Origin: Basidiobolus meristosporus CBS 931.73
Taxonomy: Eukaryota > Fungi > Basidiobolomycota
DNA: 64,000 nucleotides
Assembly: GCA_002104905.1 (NCBI GenBank)
Contig: MCFE01000413.1
Coordinates: 1 to 64,000, forward strand
Direction of reading: 5' to 3'
The notes under the pieces are model-generated. The model had not been told where the DNA came from, searched no databases, and worked only from the letters and a program-made list of their open reading frames with translations. The number at the start of each line of letters is the position of its first letter. The stretch's first letter is position 1. Below are positions 11,760-25,647 of this stretch, piece after piece. A program made the position numbers and the translations under genes.

Positions 11760-13240
11760 ATGTCTCAAATACAAGACTGTCTTAAATTCACATGAATATT
11801 GACCAAAAAGTGATTTAATAGCATTACATTGTTAAAGGTCAAACTGTTTGCCCCATGGACAAGACTAATCTGCTTCAACACTGTAAGAAAGTAAAAAAAG
11901 AACATTTGGCTATTTTGGCAAGCCACTCAGCCACAAAGCACACAGACAGTATAGGAAGTATTATAAGGATCACAGTAAAGTGTTTTGCCACACAAGTCAT
12001 ATTTGACAATTCATTGGTAATTACTGTACCAATATAATCTCGCCAGCCAGTTGATACTTCTATATTGGCACCTTGCTGTCTTTATCACCTTGCACAAACT
12101 GAGTAAGTTGAGTTTATGACAACTTAAGGCTCACCTCAGCCTCCTGAATATGGCATGCAGACTAATAGCTCCAACAAAGAAGGCTCACAAAAGGATTGTG
12201 AGCCTATCTCCACTGACAACAGTACCATGCATGAGCCCAGTCAAATCCCACTATGCAATGAGACAACACCTATTGAAACAACTGCCAGGAATACTTTATG
12301 GAGCCAAGTGAGCCAAGTAATTCTTCTACAGGTGAATGATGTAATGTTGTGGCTAGAGAAGTGGCATGTTTCCAACAATATCAGTAATGGGGGCTTTAGG
12401 ATTTGTTACTACTTTGTGCAAAAATCATTCTAAGATGTATCTACCATGTACATGATACAAGCAGACAACCATCATGTGGCTGGCAACATAAGACCTAGAG
12501 ACTGTCCTGATTCCTGCATTTGATACCAGTTGCATGGCATTCACATTCAAAAATGCAACCATTGCAACATATACAATTTGTCAGGAATCCACCACCATAG
12601 AGGGAAAACATTGCTCACACTCCAGATACATTCCAGTAATACCCCATCTGAAGAAGCTAATGCAGTCCAACTAATATTGCAAAGTTATGCGGTACTGCAC
12701 TCAGTTTCAATCATGCACAAACATATCCGATATGTTTGATAGTAAATATTACAAACAGCTAAGATGCAAGTGCTACTCTGAAGGTATATATGATCATGCC
12801 TTTGCCTTAGCACTTGCTGGATTCTTATTAAACAACTACTCTACCAGCAAATCCTGCTGGCCACTGAATCTCATTAACCTAAATCTCTGCCAATTTTATG
12901 GTATCAGCGCAAGAATCTGATGGTAGTCTCACTGGTTTCTGGGCCTAAATCACTGTCCAACCTGGATAACTACCAATGTTCATTGCTGGGTGAGTTTTGT
13001 ATGCTTTCCAGTTGAATAACAGTAAATGGCTTTCATGTAAAAGCACATATTATTATCTGCATTGGAGATACGCAGCAATCAGCAAGATAGCTGGCATTTC
13101 TGACCACAATGGACAGTATTGCTTTAAATGTGTGAGATCCAGCAGATTTACTCCATAACTCACACTTATTATTATTACCCAAACACTGACTCTAAGTACA
13201 TTATCTTCCCACAGAGAGAATGTGCAGACCCTATGAAAAT
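11760..13240 (+). mobile_element. tnp2/CACTA(EnSpm)-type transposase remnant (copy 2)
   Basis: Decayed motifs (CxxxCMAFT, RYIPVIP.L, HAFALAL.GF, GD..AISKIAG.S.H..QYC.KC) colinear with 48480-50315. Confidence 0.7.
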
Positions 13241-15560
13241 TATTGCAATGTTCCCATCAAAAGGCCATCACAAAGTAAAGTCCTGTGACTAAGAGGCATT
13301 GATTCTGTCAGGACACAGTCCAGAGACCTTTGAAAAATAATTGCACCCCACATTTTATAAAAAACTTGGTCAAAAAATTTTATCACAACAATGTATAAGT
13401 GGCTTGTGATTAGTACCCTGCCAATTTGCTCACTTTCTGATCCAGGACACTCTGTCACCTCCTATATTTGTGTGTATTGATTGGCTAGTGCCTCTTTTCA
13501 TACTACTTACTTCCTGACTCAACTGTTTCTCTTACATCTCATTCATACAAATTGATTTATTTCTATTGCAACTTCAGTTGTACCTCAATTGCCAATTATA
13601 TTAACCTATCCAAGTCCCTCTACTCTACACTTACATTAAGTCCACCCTACACTCAATAAGCATTTCTGCTATAATGCTCTGGTTCCACAACTTTGGCAGG
13701 AACCCAATGGCTTTATGCCACTGTTCATTCACTGATTCCCACATGTTCTGGTCTTCTGCTAGCACTGCAAGGTCTAGCACCTCATCTGCCAGTCTTTGCA
13801 ATAAATCCTTGCAATATTCCAGTGTGTTTTCTTGAGCACAGCTCTTGAAGAAGTGCTGCAACCTCTTGGTATGCCTATTAGTGTTCCAAAATTCCACTGA
13901 AGGAATTATGATAGTCTTTTGAGGTCTTGATGTTGTAGCCTTGTTACAAGTCTTGGTATAAGAGTAATAGAGGAATAAGGAGTTTAGCTAGTATTGTATT
14001 CACTAAAACTTGAACTGATTTTTATTGAGGTTCCAACTGCTACTTATATATATTTTGCCAGATCATTTGCTGACTAATTGTATTTCCTAATGTAGGGTGT
14101 GGCAAATGACTCATTTGACTGTATCATCATCACCCAATTAGATCCTACTTAATATAACTATTTCTGTTTGATAAGGATCTGCTAATTCATCTGCTGATCA
14201 ATACTACAGATCTGATAGATTACATTGATGTACTGGTAGGCTAAACATAAAACTAATTGATTTAACTAAAAACTGATCTAACTTAAACATTCAATCAGTA
14301 GATCATAACAGCCTTGTCTGTCAGTGGGATCTGCACTCTCTCAACAATGGAGGATGTGGAAGCTGTGGCAGACAAATTGCCTTTATCAGCAAACTCATCT
14401 ACCTTGCTGGAGTGTAACTCAGCTGGCTACGCTTCAAGCTCTTGTCAAAACAGCTGCTTTCTTGTTGGTAATTCTTCTTGGCTATGGTGGGATTCAGTCT
14501 GTTCTGGGCTTGTGCTTTTAATTGGCAAGAACTGCAGTTTTTTTGGCATGCCTCCCTGTCTCAGGCTTGGGTAGACATTTTTCCCTTTACTGTTTCCTCT
14601 ATCACTGCCAGGTCTTTCACTGCTACTTTGTCTGAGTGCTTCTTGTAAAGAACTACATTCTCTACTTGATAAATTCTGCTCTGACGCATCTGTTTTGCCT
14701 GCTTGTCCCTTGCTGGTACGCTTCTGGCAACCTGTTGTTTCATTTCCATTTGTTTCAAGCTCTCAACTGTAGCTGTGATGGGCTCCTGTAAATGACACTG
14801 GTATCATCACTGCCAGGTCCTTCACAGCTACATTGACTGAGTGCTTCTTGAGTAGTACTATGCTTCTTACTTGATTAATGTAGTGCCAGAGCATCTGTGT
14901 CCACCTGATTGTCCCTAATTGGCACTCTGCCAGCTACCTGACATCTCTTTGACACTTGTCTGGAGCTTTTAGCCCTGCTTGTAATGGGCTCATGAGAAAG
15001 CTGCTGGTTTTTAGCCATGGCACCCTTGTTCCTCTGCCTTTGATAGTTTCTACTACTCATAAGATACTTTCTTAGCATACTAATGCTGGCCAGAAATCTG
15101 TTTGCCTGTTTGGATCCAGGATAATACTCATGGAACAAGTCAAGTGCATTCTGCTTGGCCTTGAGTTCCTGATGGTCCCATGGTATGCCAGCCTTAAGGT
15201 GATGGTGTGTTAGACTTCTGACAACCTCTTGAATATTGGATCACTGTTCATTATTGCACTCAATGGCTTCACAGATCTTCAATGTTTTTTGACTTTTATG
15301 CCTTGGTATAAACACCACATTGTCTCCCTCCCATACTGTGATTGGTTTTTCTGTGGGCTTTATCTTTGGACACTTTTGTTGTGCTACAAAGACTGTACAA
15401 TGTTCCTCTGCAGTTATACCAGGAAATTGCTCAATTATTGGCTGTGACAATGAGCTACCTGAGTTCCTTCTTTACAGCAAAGATAATGCTTTCTCTACCT
15501 GGCATATAGATTGCTCTACATGTATTTCCCACTCATTCTGTTTCTGGACTATTTCCTGAT
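13240..15560 (-). repeat. Unclassified ORF-bearing repeat (family X), long copy interrupted by a solo gypsy LTR
   Basis: Colinear with 46540-47960; fragments EEHCTVFVAQQKCPKIKP, LFHEYYPGSKQ, LQRLADEVLDLAVLAEDQNMW. Confidence 0.75.
13942..14310 (-). mobile_element. Solo LTR of the Ty3/gypsy family at 31225, 4-bp TSD GCCT
   Basis: gcct|tgttacaagtcttgg...gatcataaca|gcct; reverse complement of 31225-31594; the empty site is seen in the family X copy near 46710. Confidence 0.85.
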
Positions 15561-15589
15561 TTCATTAGGTCATTGTTTCTATCAAATTA

Positions 15590-15780
15590 GCCACGGCACC
15601 TAGACCTGAAGTAAAGCAAAAACTGGCACCACTTATGTCAAAGAAATAATGGAAACTTTATCAAAGGATGACTTCACTATCTAGACCACTCTGCCTTTGG
15701 CTTGTGTCATGCCACTATTACATTTCAGAGGATGGTCAATAATGTGTTAGAAATATGCAATGGCAATGCTCTCTTGTGTA
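15590..15780 (+). mobile_element. Small Ty3/gypsy reverse transcriptase fragment
   Basis: Frame AFGLCHATITFQRMVNNVLE matches the RT motif PFGL.NAP.TFQR.MN.VL. Confidence 0.6.
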
Positions 15781-15789
15781 TGAGGATTA

Positions 15790-16645
15790 AATGACATTAT
15801 CCCTAACCACTCATATCCATCAGGTTATCATGCACCCCTCTCTCTTCCATGCCTGTACCAACATCCTACAGAATATTTTGACAAATATGGTGTCAATGCT
15901 AACATCTCCCACTCCCACACTTATGTCTTGCAAAGATTCAAATCTAAGCTCAAGGAAAAATTTGGTCATGACATAAAACTTAACCCCCTAAAATTCACCC
16001 CCATGATGCAATTGCTCAACGTATAACTTGGAAAGGACATCACATGCACCACAACAGCCAACTTGTCTGCAAACTCCCCCTTATTAACCACAGAGGATAC
16101 TACTTCATTGATGGCATTGAACATGTACCTTTAATTCAAAAATTATGCAACATTGTTGTCCCTTACATCTCCGCTGCTGATAATGCTGTCTCCTGCAAAA
16201 ACAGCTTCAGGGGCTCCCTTCTCCCATTATGTGCTTGCATTGAAAATTCCATTGACCTTTATCTAGACATCTCCTCTACCCATAAGGATCTTTATGGTTT
16301 TAAGTGCTTGTCAATCTATTGGATCCTGAATAATCTTGATTTTGACTTCAATAAAATTTACAAAATACTTGCCCTCCTTGTTGCCAACCATTTTCATGTA
16401 AATACTTTCTCCACCATCTTCATGGCCTCCATGATCAACTCTGAAAACATCATCTCCCCCAAAGATCTACACATTGTAGAATCCAAATATTTCCCCATGC
16501 AAGCTAAATATAGCATTGTCAATACCCTTGGCCTGTTATCTTAACTTGCCCTTATGACCTCTATGGATCTTCTCCAACCCATGGATTGTGATGATTATGG
16601 AAACAAACTTGGCAAATCTTCCAACATCCTTTGAGACCAAATCTT
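15790..16645 (+). pseudogene. Rpb2-family (RNA polymerase second-largest subunit) pseudogene, 5' part, probably of large-DNA-virus origin
   Basis: TPHDAIAQRITWKG (cf. P.EARLR.LTY; needs one frameshift), KLPLINHRGYYFIDGIEHVPLIQ (cf. GGYFIINGSEKVLIAQ), MDCDDYGNK (cf. DDRDHFGKK). Confidence 0.85.
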
Positions 16646-19600
16646 TGTCAAAATATTGGACTATTTGGTATCATTCTGTAGCTGAAAATTTACTTAACAA
16701 TTCTGGATTAGTCTTGGTCACTGTGAGACTAATTTACAGCTCTAACTTTGCCACTCTCTTCAGATCTATGAACTTATGATTATTCTGTTGCAATTTAAGA
16801 AGTGATTTGGATATATAAGAACTTATCAAGAAATAGTGATAATAGTTGAACTGTTGTTTATTCATAAAAAAGCTCAGTATTTATACCTTTGTAGAAGTTA
16901 TAGAGCTGCAACACTAAGTAGGGAGGGTTTCTCAATATTCAGGAGCATTCTGTAACAGTTTCAGGGTTAGTACATAATGTTTGGTAATAGTGCTAATTTG
17001 ATCCTGACTATAGGGGAATAATAATAAGATCATATATCTGGAGAAAGTGGCAAAGTTAAGGCAGTAAATGAGTCCTAAAGTGACTAAGACTAGCCTAGAA
17101 TTGTTAAGTAAATTTTTAGCTGCTGAATGATACCAAATAGTCCAATATTTCAACACTCCCCCTCAACTAAATAATTTCTTAATCCCATTTTCTCTCTAAG
17201 AATCTCAAACTGTGGCCTAGCTAGTGGTTTTGTCAATATGTCTGCCACCATTTTGTCAGTTGGGCAGTAAACCAGCTCTACTAAGTTATTTTCTACAGCT
17301 TCCCTCACAAAGTGATGCTGTATATGAATGTGCTTAGTTCTGGCATGATTAGTAGGATTTCTAGCTAATGAAATACAACTTTGATTATCCTTGTAAATAC
17401 ATGTTGATTCACCTGAATTAAAACCTAAATCTTTGAATAATTTTCGTAGCCATAAAGCCTCCTTAGTTGCTTGACATGCAGCCATATATTTGGCATCAGT
17501 TGTAGATAGTGCCACAGTTGGTTGTTTCTTGCAATTCCAAGTAATAGCTGCACCAGCATAAAGAAATACATAGCCTGTGGTAGAGCGTCTGTCAATCAGA
17601 TCCCTACCCCAATCTGAATCACTATGACCATCAAATTTTTGCCTATTAGCTGCTCCAGAGTATTCCAGTACCATATTTATGGTACCTTGTAGATATCTGA
17701 AAATCCGCTTAACTGCTGCAATTAGATCTGATCCATAATTCTGCATGAATTGACTGACTATTCCAACTGCTACTGCAATATCTGGACATGTAGACACCAT
17801 CAAGTATATTAGGCTACCAACCATTGATTGATAGGGAAAGTTTGGTCCATATTTGAGCCGTTTTCATCTATAACTGGCTGAGATTTGCTTAATTTCAGGG
17901 TATTGTCCTTAGGGGTTGCTGCAGGCTTGCAATTTTCCATTTTGAAGCATCTAACAATGTCCCTGATGTACTTAGACTGATTCAGCACAATTTTCTGCGT
18001 AGGTATGTCAAATTTGACCTCAATTCCAAGAAAATAGCTCAATTTTCCAAGATCTTTCATCTCAAACTTGCTGAAGAGATCTGATTTCGTCTGTTTAAGT
18101 GCCTCTTGATCACTTGTAGCTATACTTAGGTTGTCCACATAAAGAACTAGGATGATCGCACCCTTTTTGAGCTGTTTCACATATATACTGTGATCTGCAG
18201 TGCTGTGAGAGACCCCAATTTCCTCTAGATATGTGTCAATATTGTTATACCATGCTCTGGGTGCCTGCTTAAGCCCATACAATGATTTTCTAAGTTTGTA
18301 CCCCTTATGGGGGTCTTTTGGATTGGTAAAGCCATCTGGTTGCTCCATATATATAGTTTCTTGCAAATCCCCATTTAGAAAGGCTGTTTTAACGTCCATT
18401 TGGTGTAGATCTAGACTGTGTACAGCTGCCAGGGCTAGAACTGTCATAATAGAGTTAAATTTGGCAACCGGAGCAAATGTTTCCTTAAAGTCTAGTCCCT
18501 GGATCTGGAAATAGCCTTTAGCTACTAATCTAGCCTTTTACTTATCAACGGCACCATTTGAGGTTATCTTGATCTTGTAGACCCATCTACATCCTATTGG
18601 CTTTCTCCCATTTGGTAAATCTACCAGTTCCCACGTTTTTGCCTTGATCAGTGATTGGTACTCCTCCTGCATGGCTTGTTGCCTCTTAGTAGCATCTGGA
18701 CCTTGCATTGCCTGTTCCAAATTCTGAGGTTTGGCACATAAGGCAAGATAAGCCTCTTCATGATCATTAGATGTCTGCCACCAGGATCCAGGGGCATTTC
18801 TTATTCTGGTAGATCTCCTAACTGGGATAATCTGTTCTGATCTGGAACTGGTAGAAGTATCTTCCATCTCAGGCTGGATTTGGTACGTATCTTCTTCATT
18901 TGTGTTGATTGCATCATCAGGCAGCTGGCCAATGATTTCTGTGGCTTTCTGATCTGAATTCTCCTCAAATACAACGTCCCTGCTCTTGATCAGCTTCTGA
19001 ATTTTGCCATCATACACTCTATACCCTTTAGTATCTTCACAATACCCAAGAAAGATCCCTTTTCTACTCTTTGGTTCCAACTTTGAGTGTTTTTTGTCAG
19101 GGATGTGATAAAAAACATCACTGCCAAAGATCCTGAGGTGCCGGAGATCTGGCTTTTTGCCTGTATATGCTTCAAAGGGTGTAGAATCATGTAGTGCTGT
19201 TGTTGGGCATCTGTTCATGATGTATACAGCAGTAGCAACAGATTCAGCCCAAAACTTGTAGTCCATTCCCTTATCATGTAGCATAGATCTTCCCATCTCT
19301 ACAATTGTCCTATTTGCACGTTCTGCTACTCCATTTTGCTGTGGAGTATAAGAACTGTGGTCTACTGAAGTATACCAGTAGACAAGCAGTACTTTGCAAA
19401 TTCCTTTGAGAAGTATTCTCCTCCATTGTCACTTTGTAGTACCTTCAATTTACACCCAGTTTGTGTTTCTGCCATGTTCTTGAAGTGCTTGAACATCTCT
19501 AAAGCTTCATCCTTTGTTTTGAGGAAGTACACCCATGTATATCTTGTCTTGTCATCAATAAACGTCATAAAGTATCTCTTGGCTCCAAAGGACAGTATTC

Positions 19601-22600
19601 TCATGGGGCCACATATGTCTGAGTGTAAAATAGCCAATATTTCGGTGGTATTGATGCCTTCTGAGCTCTTGAAACGTTGCCTAGCTTGTTTGCCATATGA
19701 ACATCCCTTACAAACATTCAATTTGATCAGAATTGAGTATTTTAGGCCCAAAACAAGCTAATTTTTCACCAATTGGCTCATTTTCTGTTCCCCTATGTGT
19801 CCTAGCCTCCTATGCCACGTCTCCCAGTTAGTTTCATCAGTTTCAGCAATGTAGACATACTCAAGCACAATGATCTTGCATTGTAACTTGTATATATTGT
19901 GATCTCTGATTCCCAAAGCTAATTTTTGTCCATTTTCACTCAATATTGAGCAGCTCAGCTTAGTAAAAGCAAATTTCAGTCCATGAGTAGTTGCTTTACT
20001 GACTGAGAGTAGGTTCTTAGCTATTCCAGGTACATAGAGTACGTCAGTCAGTTTTGCTGTTGTTGCCCCTGAGTTATCACTCATATTTAGTTGTATAGAC
20101 CCACTGGCGGGAGCTTCCAATGCAGAGCTATCTCCCAGATAAACCTTTCTTACAGGAATAGTCTTTAAGTTGCTGAACCAATCCTTTATACCACAAATAT
20201 ACTGTGATGCTCCAGAGTCAATATACCAATCATTACTTCGGTTACTTGCACTCTCTTGTACAGTGACAAATAGCTGTTCATCAGTAGTTATATGGTTTGC
20301 CTGCTCTAGTTTCTATTTTTTGTCTGCTTGTTTCTTCTTGCATTCTCTTGCCCAGTGTCCTGGCTTCTTACAGTAGTTACAGCAGCCAGGTTTTCTTTGG
20401 TTTTGTTGCTTTCCCTTCTTTTCTGTATGCCTTTCTGAACTGAATAAAGTATTATCTTCAATTTTCTCTGCTTGATCATTACGTCTGAGTTCTTCATGGA
20501 GGAGCCTTCCTTTGACATAGTCTAAAGTCAGGTTGTCTTCTCTGCTTTCAAAAGAAAGTATGAGTGGCTCATACTTGTCTGGTAGGCTGCAAAGCAGACA
20601 GAGTATCTTTTCTTCATCATCTACACTACCATTAATACTGTAAAGTTCTTCTGCAAGTGTCTCCATTCTGGTAATGAGTTGTAGAATGTCATCATCTGGC
20701 TTTTTTCTCATGTTGAAGAACTTTTGTTTCAAATAAAGCTTGCTTGACACTGACTTTGCTCTAAAGATCTTCTCTAAGGATTCCCATGCTGCTTTGGCAG
20801 TATTTGAGGCATGGATTTGTCCAATGAAGGAGTCTTGCACATTGATGCATATTGCATTGAAGGCCTTTCTCTCCTTCTCTTGAAACTTCTCCACATCTTC
20901 TGCTGTTCCTTTGGGCTCAACTTTCTTTCCTGTTACTATGTTCCAAAGCTTTCTTTCCTCAAGGTGGATCTGCATCTTGAATTCTCCAAAGTCTGTAGTT
21001 CTTCCCATCAAACCTCTCCTTTACAGGGAAGATGTTGGTATTGCTTTGTTTGCTGGTAGAAGTCATCTTTCGAATAGATTAAGGCAATTGGGGCTCATAA
21101 CCTGTTGCAATTCAAGAAGTGATTTGGATATAAAGAACTTATCAAGAAATAGTGATAATAGTTAAACTGTGGTTTATTCATAAAGAAGCTCAGTATTTAT
21201 TCCTTTGTAGAAGTTATAGAGCTGCAACACTAAGTAGGGAGGGTTTCTCAATATTCAGGAGCATTCTGTAACAGTTTCAGGGTTAGTACGTAATGTTTGG
21301 TAATAGTGCTAATTTGATCCTGACTATAGGGGAATAATCATAAGATCATGTATCTGGAGAAAGTGGCAAAGTTAAGGCAGTAAATGAGTCCTAAAGTGAC
21401 TAAGACTAGCCTAGAATTGCTAAGTAAATTTTTAGCTGCTGAATGATACCAAATAGTCCAATATTTCAACATATTCCCCTATAGTCAGGATCAAATTTGC
21501 ACTATTACCAAACATTATGTACTAACCCTGAAACTGTTACAAAATGCTCCTGAATATTGAGAAACCCTTCTTACTTAGTGTTACAGCTGTATTACTACTA
21601 CAAAGGTATAAATACTGTGCTTCTTTACTAATAAACTACAGCTCAACTACTATCACTATTTCTTGATAAGTTCCTTATATCCAAATCACTACTTAGATTG
21701 CAGTAGGTTATGCGCCCCAAATGCCTTAATCTATTCTAAAGATGACTTCTACCAGTAAACAGAACAACACAAACATCTTCCCTGTAAAGGAGAGGTCTGA
21801 TGGAAAGAACTACAGACTTTGGAGAATTAAGATGCAGATCCACCTTGAGGAAAGGAAGCTTTGGAATATAGTAACAGGAAAAGAAGTTAAGCCCAAAGGA
21901 AAAGCAGAAGAAGTGGAGAAGTTTCAAGAGGAGAGAAAGGCCTTTAATGCCATATGTATCAATGTGCAAGATTTCTACATTGGTCAAATCCATGCTTCAA
22001 ATACTGCCAAAGCAGCATGGGAATCCTTAGTGAAGATCTTTAGAGCAAAGTCAGTATCAAGCAAGCTTTATTTAAAACAAAAGTTCTTCAACATGAGGAA
22101 GAAGCCAGATGATGACATGCTGCTACTTGTTACCAAAATGGAGACACTTGCAGAAGAACTTTACAGTTTTAATGCTGGTGTAGGTGATAAAGAAAAGATA
22201 CTCTGTCTGCTTTGCAGCCTACCAGAAATTGAATGCAGAGAAGACAATTTCACTTTAGACTATGTCAAAGGAAGACTTCTCCATGAAAAACTCCGACATA
22301 ATGATCAAGCAGAAAAAACTGAAGATAATGCTTTATTTGGTTCAGTGTGGCACACAGAAAAGAAGGGAAAGCAACAAAACCAAAGAAGCCTGGTTGCTGC
22401 AACTATTGTAAAAGGCCAGGACACTGGGCAAGAGAATGCAAGAAGAAACAAGCAGGCAAAAAACAGAAACTAGAGCAGGCACACCATATAACTGCCGATG
22501 AACAGCCACTTGTAATTGTACAAGAGAGTGCAAGTAACCAAAGTAATGAATGATATATTGACTCTGGTGCATCACAGCATATTTGTGGTATAAAGGAGTG

Positions 22601-25600
22601 GTTCAGCAACTTAAGCACTATTCCTTTAAGAAAGGTTTCTCTGGGATATAACTCTGCTCTGGAAGCTACCACAAGTGGGTCTATACAACTAAATATGAGC
22701 AATAGCTCAGGGGCAACAACAGCAAGACTCACTGACGTACTCTATGTGCCTAGAATAGCTAAGAACCTACTCTCAGTCAGTAAAGCAACTGCTCAGGGAC
22801 TAAAATTTGTTTTTACTAGGAAGAGCTGCTCAATAGTGAGTGAGAATGGACAAAAACTAGCTTTGGGAATCAAAGATCATAATATATACAGGTTACAATG
22901 CAAGATCATTGTACCTGGGTATGTCAAAACTGCTGAAACTGATGAAACCAACTGGGAGACGTGGCATAGGAGGCTAGGAAAAATTGGGGAACAGAAAATG
23001 AGCAAATTAGTGAAAAATCAGCTTGTTTTGGGCCTATAGTACTCAATTCTAATCAAATTGAATGTTTGTAAGGGATGTTCGTATGGAAAACAAGTTAGGC
23101 AACATTTAAAAAGCTCAGAAGGCTGCAATACCACCAAAATATTGGCAATGGTACACTTAGAGATACTTTATGACGTTTATTGATGACAAGACAAGATATA
23201 CATGGGTGTACTTCCTCAAAACAAAGGATGAAGCTTTAGAGATGTTCAAGCACTTCAAGAACACGGCAGAAACACAAACTGGGTGTAAATTGAAGGTACT
23301 ACAAAGTGACAATGGGGGAGAATACTGCTCAGAGGAGTTTGCAAAAAACTGCTTGTCTACTGGTATACTTCAGTCAACCACAGTTCTTATACTCCACAGC
23401 AAAATGGATTAGCAGAACATTCAAATAGAACAATAGTAGAGATGGAAAGATATATGCTACATGATAAGGGAATGGACTACAAGTTTTGGGCTGAATCTGT
23501 TGCTACCTCAGTATGCATTAAGAACACATACCCAGCACTATGTGATTCTACACCCTTTGAAGCATATACAGGCAAAAAACCAGATCTCCAGCACCTCAGG
23601 ATTATCCCAGTTAGGAGATTCACCAGAATAAGAAATGCCCCTGGATCCTGGTGGCAGTCATCTAATGATCATGACAAAGCTTGTTTTGTCTTATGTGCTG
23701 AACCTCAGAATCTGGAACAGGCAACGCAAAGTCCACATGCTACTATGTGGCAACAAGCCATGCAGGAGGAGTACCAATCACTGATCAAGACAAAAATGTG
23801 GGAACTGGTAGATATACCAAATGGGAGAAAGCCAATAGAATGTAGATGGTTCTACAAGATCGAGATAACCTCAAATGGTGCCATTAATAAGTACAAGGCT
23901 AGATTGATGGCTAAAGGCTACTCCCAGCTTCAGGGACTAGATTTTAAGGAAACATTTGCCCCAGTTGCCAAATTTAACTCCATTAGGGCAGTTCTAGCCC
24001 TGTCAGCTGTACACAGTTTAGATCTACACCAAATGGGCATCAGAAGAGCCTTTCTAAATGGGGATTTGCAAGAAACTATATATATGGAGCAACCAGATGG
24101 CTTTACCAATCCAAAAGACCCCCATAAGGGGTACAAACTTAGAAAATTGTTGTATGGGCTTGAGCAGGCACCTAGAGCATGGTATAACAAGATTGACATA
24201 TATCCAGAGGAAACTGGGTACTCTTGTAGCACTGCAGATCACATTATGTACATGAAACAGCTCAAAAAGGGTGTGATCATCATAGTTCTTTACGTGGACA
24301 ACCTAGTTATAGCCACAAGTAACCAAGAGGCACTTAAACATATGGATCAGATCTCTTCAGCAAGTTTAAGATGAAAGATCTTGGAAAATTGAGCTATATT
24401 GTTGGAATTGAGGTCAAATTTGACATCCCTACACAGAATATTGTGCTAAATCAGTCCAACTACACCAGGGATACTAGAAGATGCTTTAAATGGATAATTG
24501 CAGACCTGCAGCTGCCCCTATGTACAATAACCTGAAGTTAAGCAAATCTCAGCCAGTTATAGATGAAAATGGCTCACATATGGACCAGAACTTTTCTAAT
24601 CAATCAATTGTTGGTAGTCTTATGTACTTGACAGTGTCTACATGTCTAGATATTGCAGTGACTGTTGGAATAGACATTCAATTCATGCAGAATTATGGAT
24701 CAGATCAAATTGTAGTAGTTAAGTGGATTTTTGGATATCTACAAGATACCATAAATATGGTACTGGAATACTCTGGAGCAGCTAATAGGCAAAAATTGAT
24801 GGTTGTAGTGATTCAGATTGGGATAGGGATCTGATTGACTGACGCTCACTACAAGCTATGTATTTCTCTATGCTGGTGCAGCAATTACTTGGAATTGCAA
24901 GAAACAACCAACTGTGGCCCTATCTACAACTGAAGCAGAATATATGGCTGCATGTAAAGCAACTAAGGAGGCTATATGGCTACAAAGATTACTCAAAGAC
25001 TTAGATTTTAATTCACATGAGCCAACATGTATTTACAAGGATAATCAAAGTTGTATTTCATTAGCTAGAAATCCTACTAACCATACCAGCACTAAGCACA
25101 TTGATATACAGCATCACTTTGTGAGGGAAGCTGTAGAAAATATCTTAGTAGAGTTGGTGTGCTGCCCAACTAACAAAATGATGGCAGATATATTGACAAA
25201 GCCACTAGCTAGGACACTATTTGAGAATCTCAGGGAGGAATCAGGATTAAGAAATTATTTAGTTGAGGTGGAGTGTTGCAGTATTGGACTATTTGGTATC
25301 ATTCTGCAGCTAAAAATTTACTTAACAATACTGGATTAGTCTTGGTCACTGTGACACTAATTTGTTGCTCTAACTTTGCCACTTTCTTCAGATTTATGAT
25401 CTTATGATTATTCCCCTATAGTCAGGATCAAATTAGCACTAATACTAACTATTATGTACTAACCCTGAAACTGCTACAAAATGCTCCTGAACTTTGAGAA
25501 ACCCTCCTTACTTAGTGTTACAGCTGTATTACTACTACAAAGGTATAAATACTGAGCTTCTTTACTAATAAACAACAGCTCAACTGCTATCACTATTTCT

Positions 25601-25642
25601 TGATAAATTCCTTATATGCAAATCACTTCCTGAATTGCAACA
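16646..25642 (+). mobile_element. Ty1/copia family 1, element A (outer), TSD ATCTT; 5' LTR 16646-16785 plus 21472-21706 (split by element B), 3' LTR 25274-25642
   Basis: atctt|tgtcaaaatattggac ... gaattgcaaca|atctt; PBS ggttatgcgcccc at 21707; gag (UBN2-like), CCHC knuckle, YIDSGASQH protease, integrase, RT (YKARLMAKG, LVLYVD), RNase H (LSTTEAEY, TKHIDI.HHFVRE). Confidence 0.95.
16786..21471 (-). mobile_element. Ty1/copia family 1, element B (inner, younger), inserted antisense into the 5' LTR of A, TSD TATTC
   Basis: tattc|tgttgcaatt ... tttcaaca|tattc; LTRs 16786-17155 and 21103-21471 differ by about 9 substitutions and 1 indel (manual count, ~97% identical); PBS ggttatgagcccc; PPT next to the 3' LTR; gag-pro-int-RT-RNaseH ORFs with few disruptions. 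Confidence 0.97.
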
Positions 25643-25647
25643 ATCTT

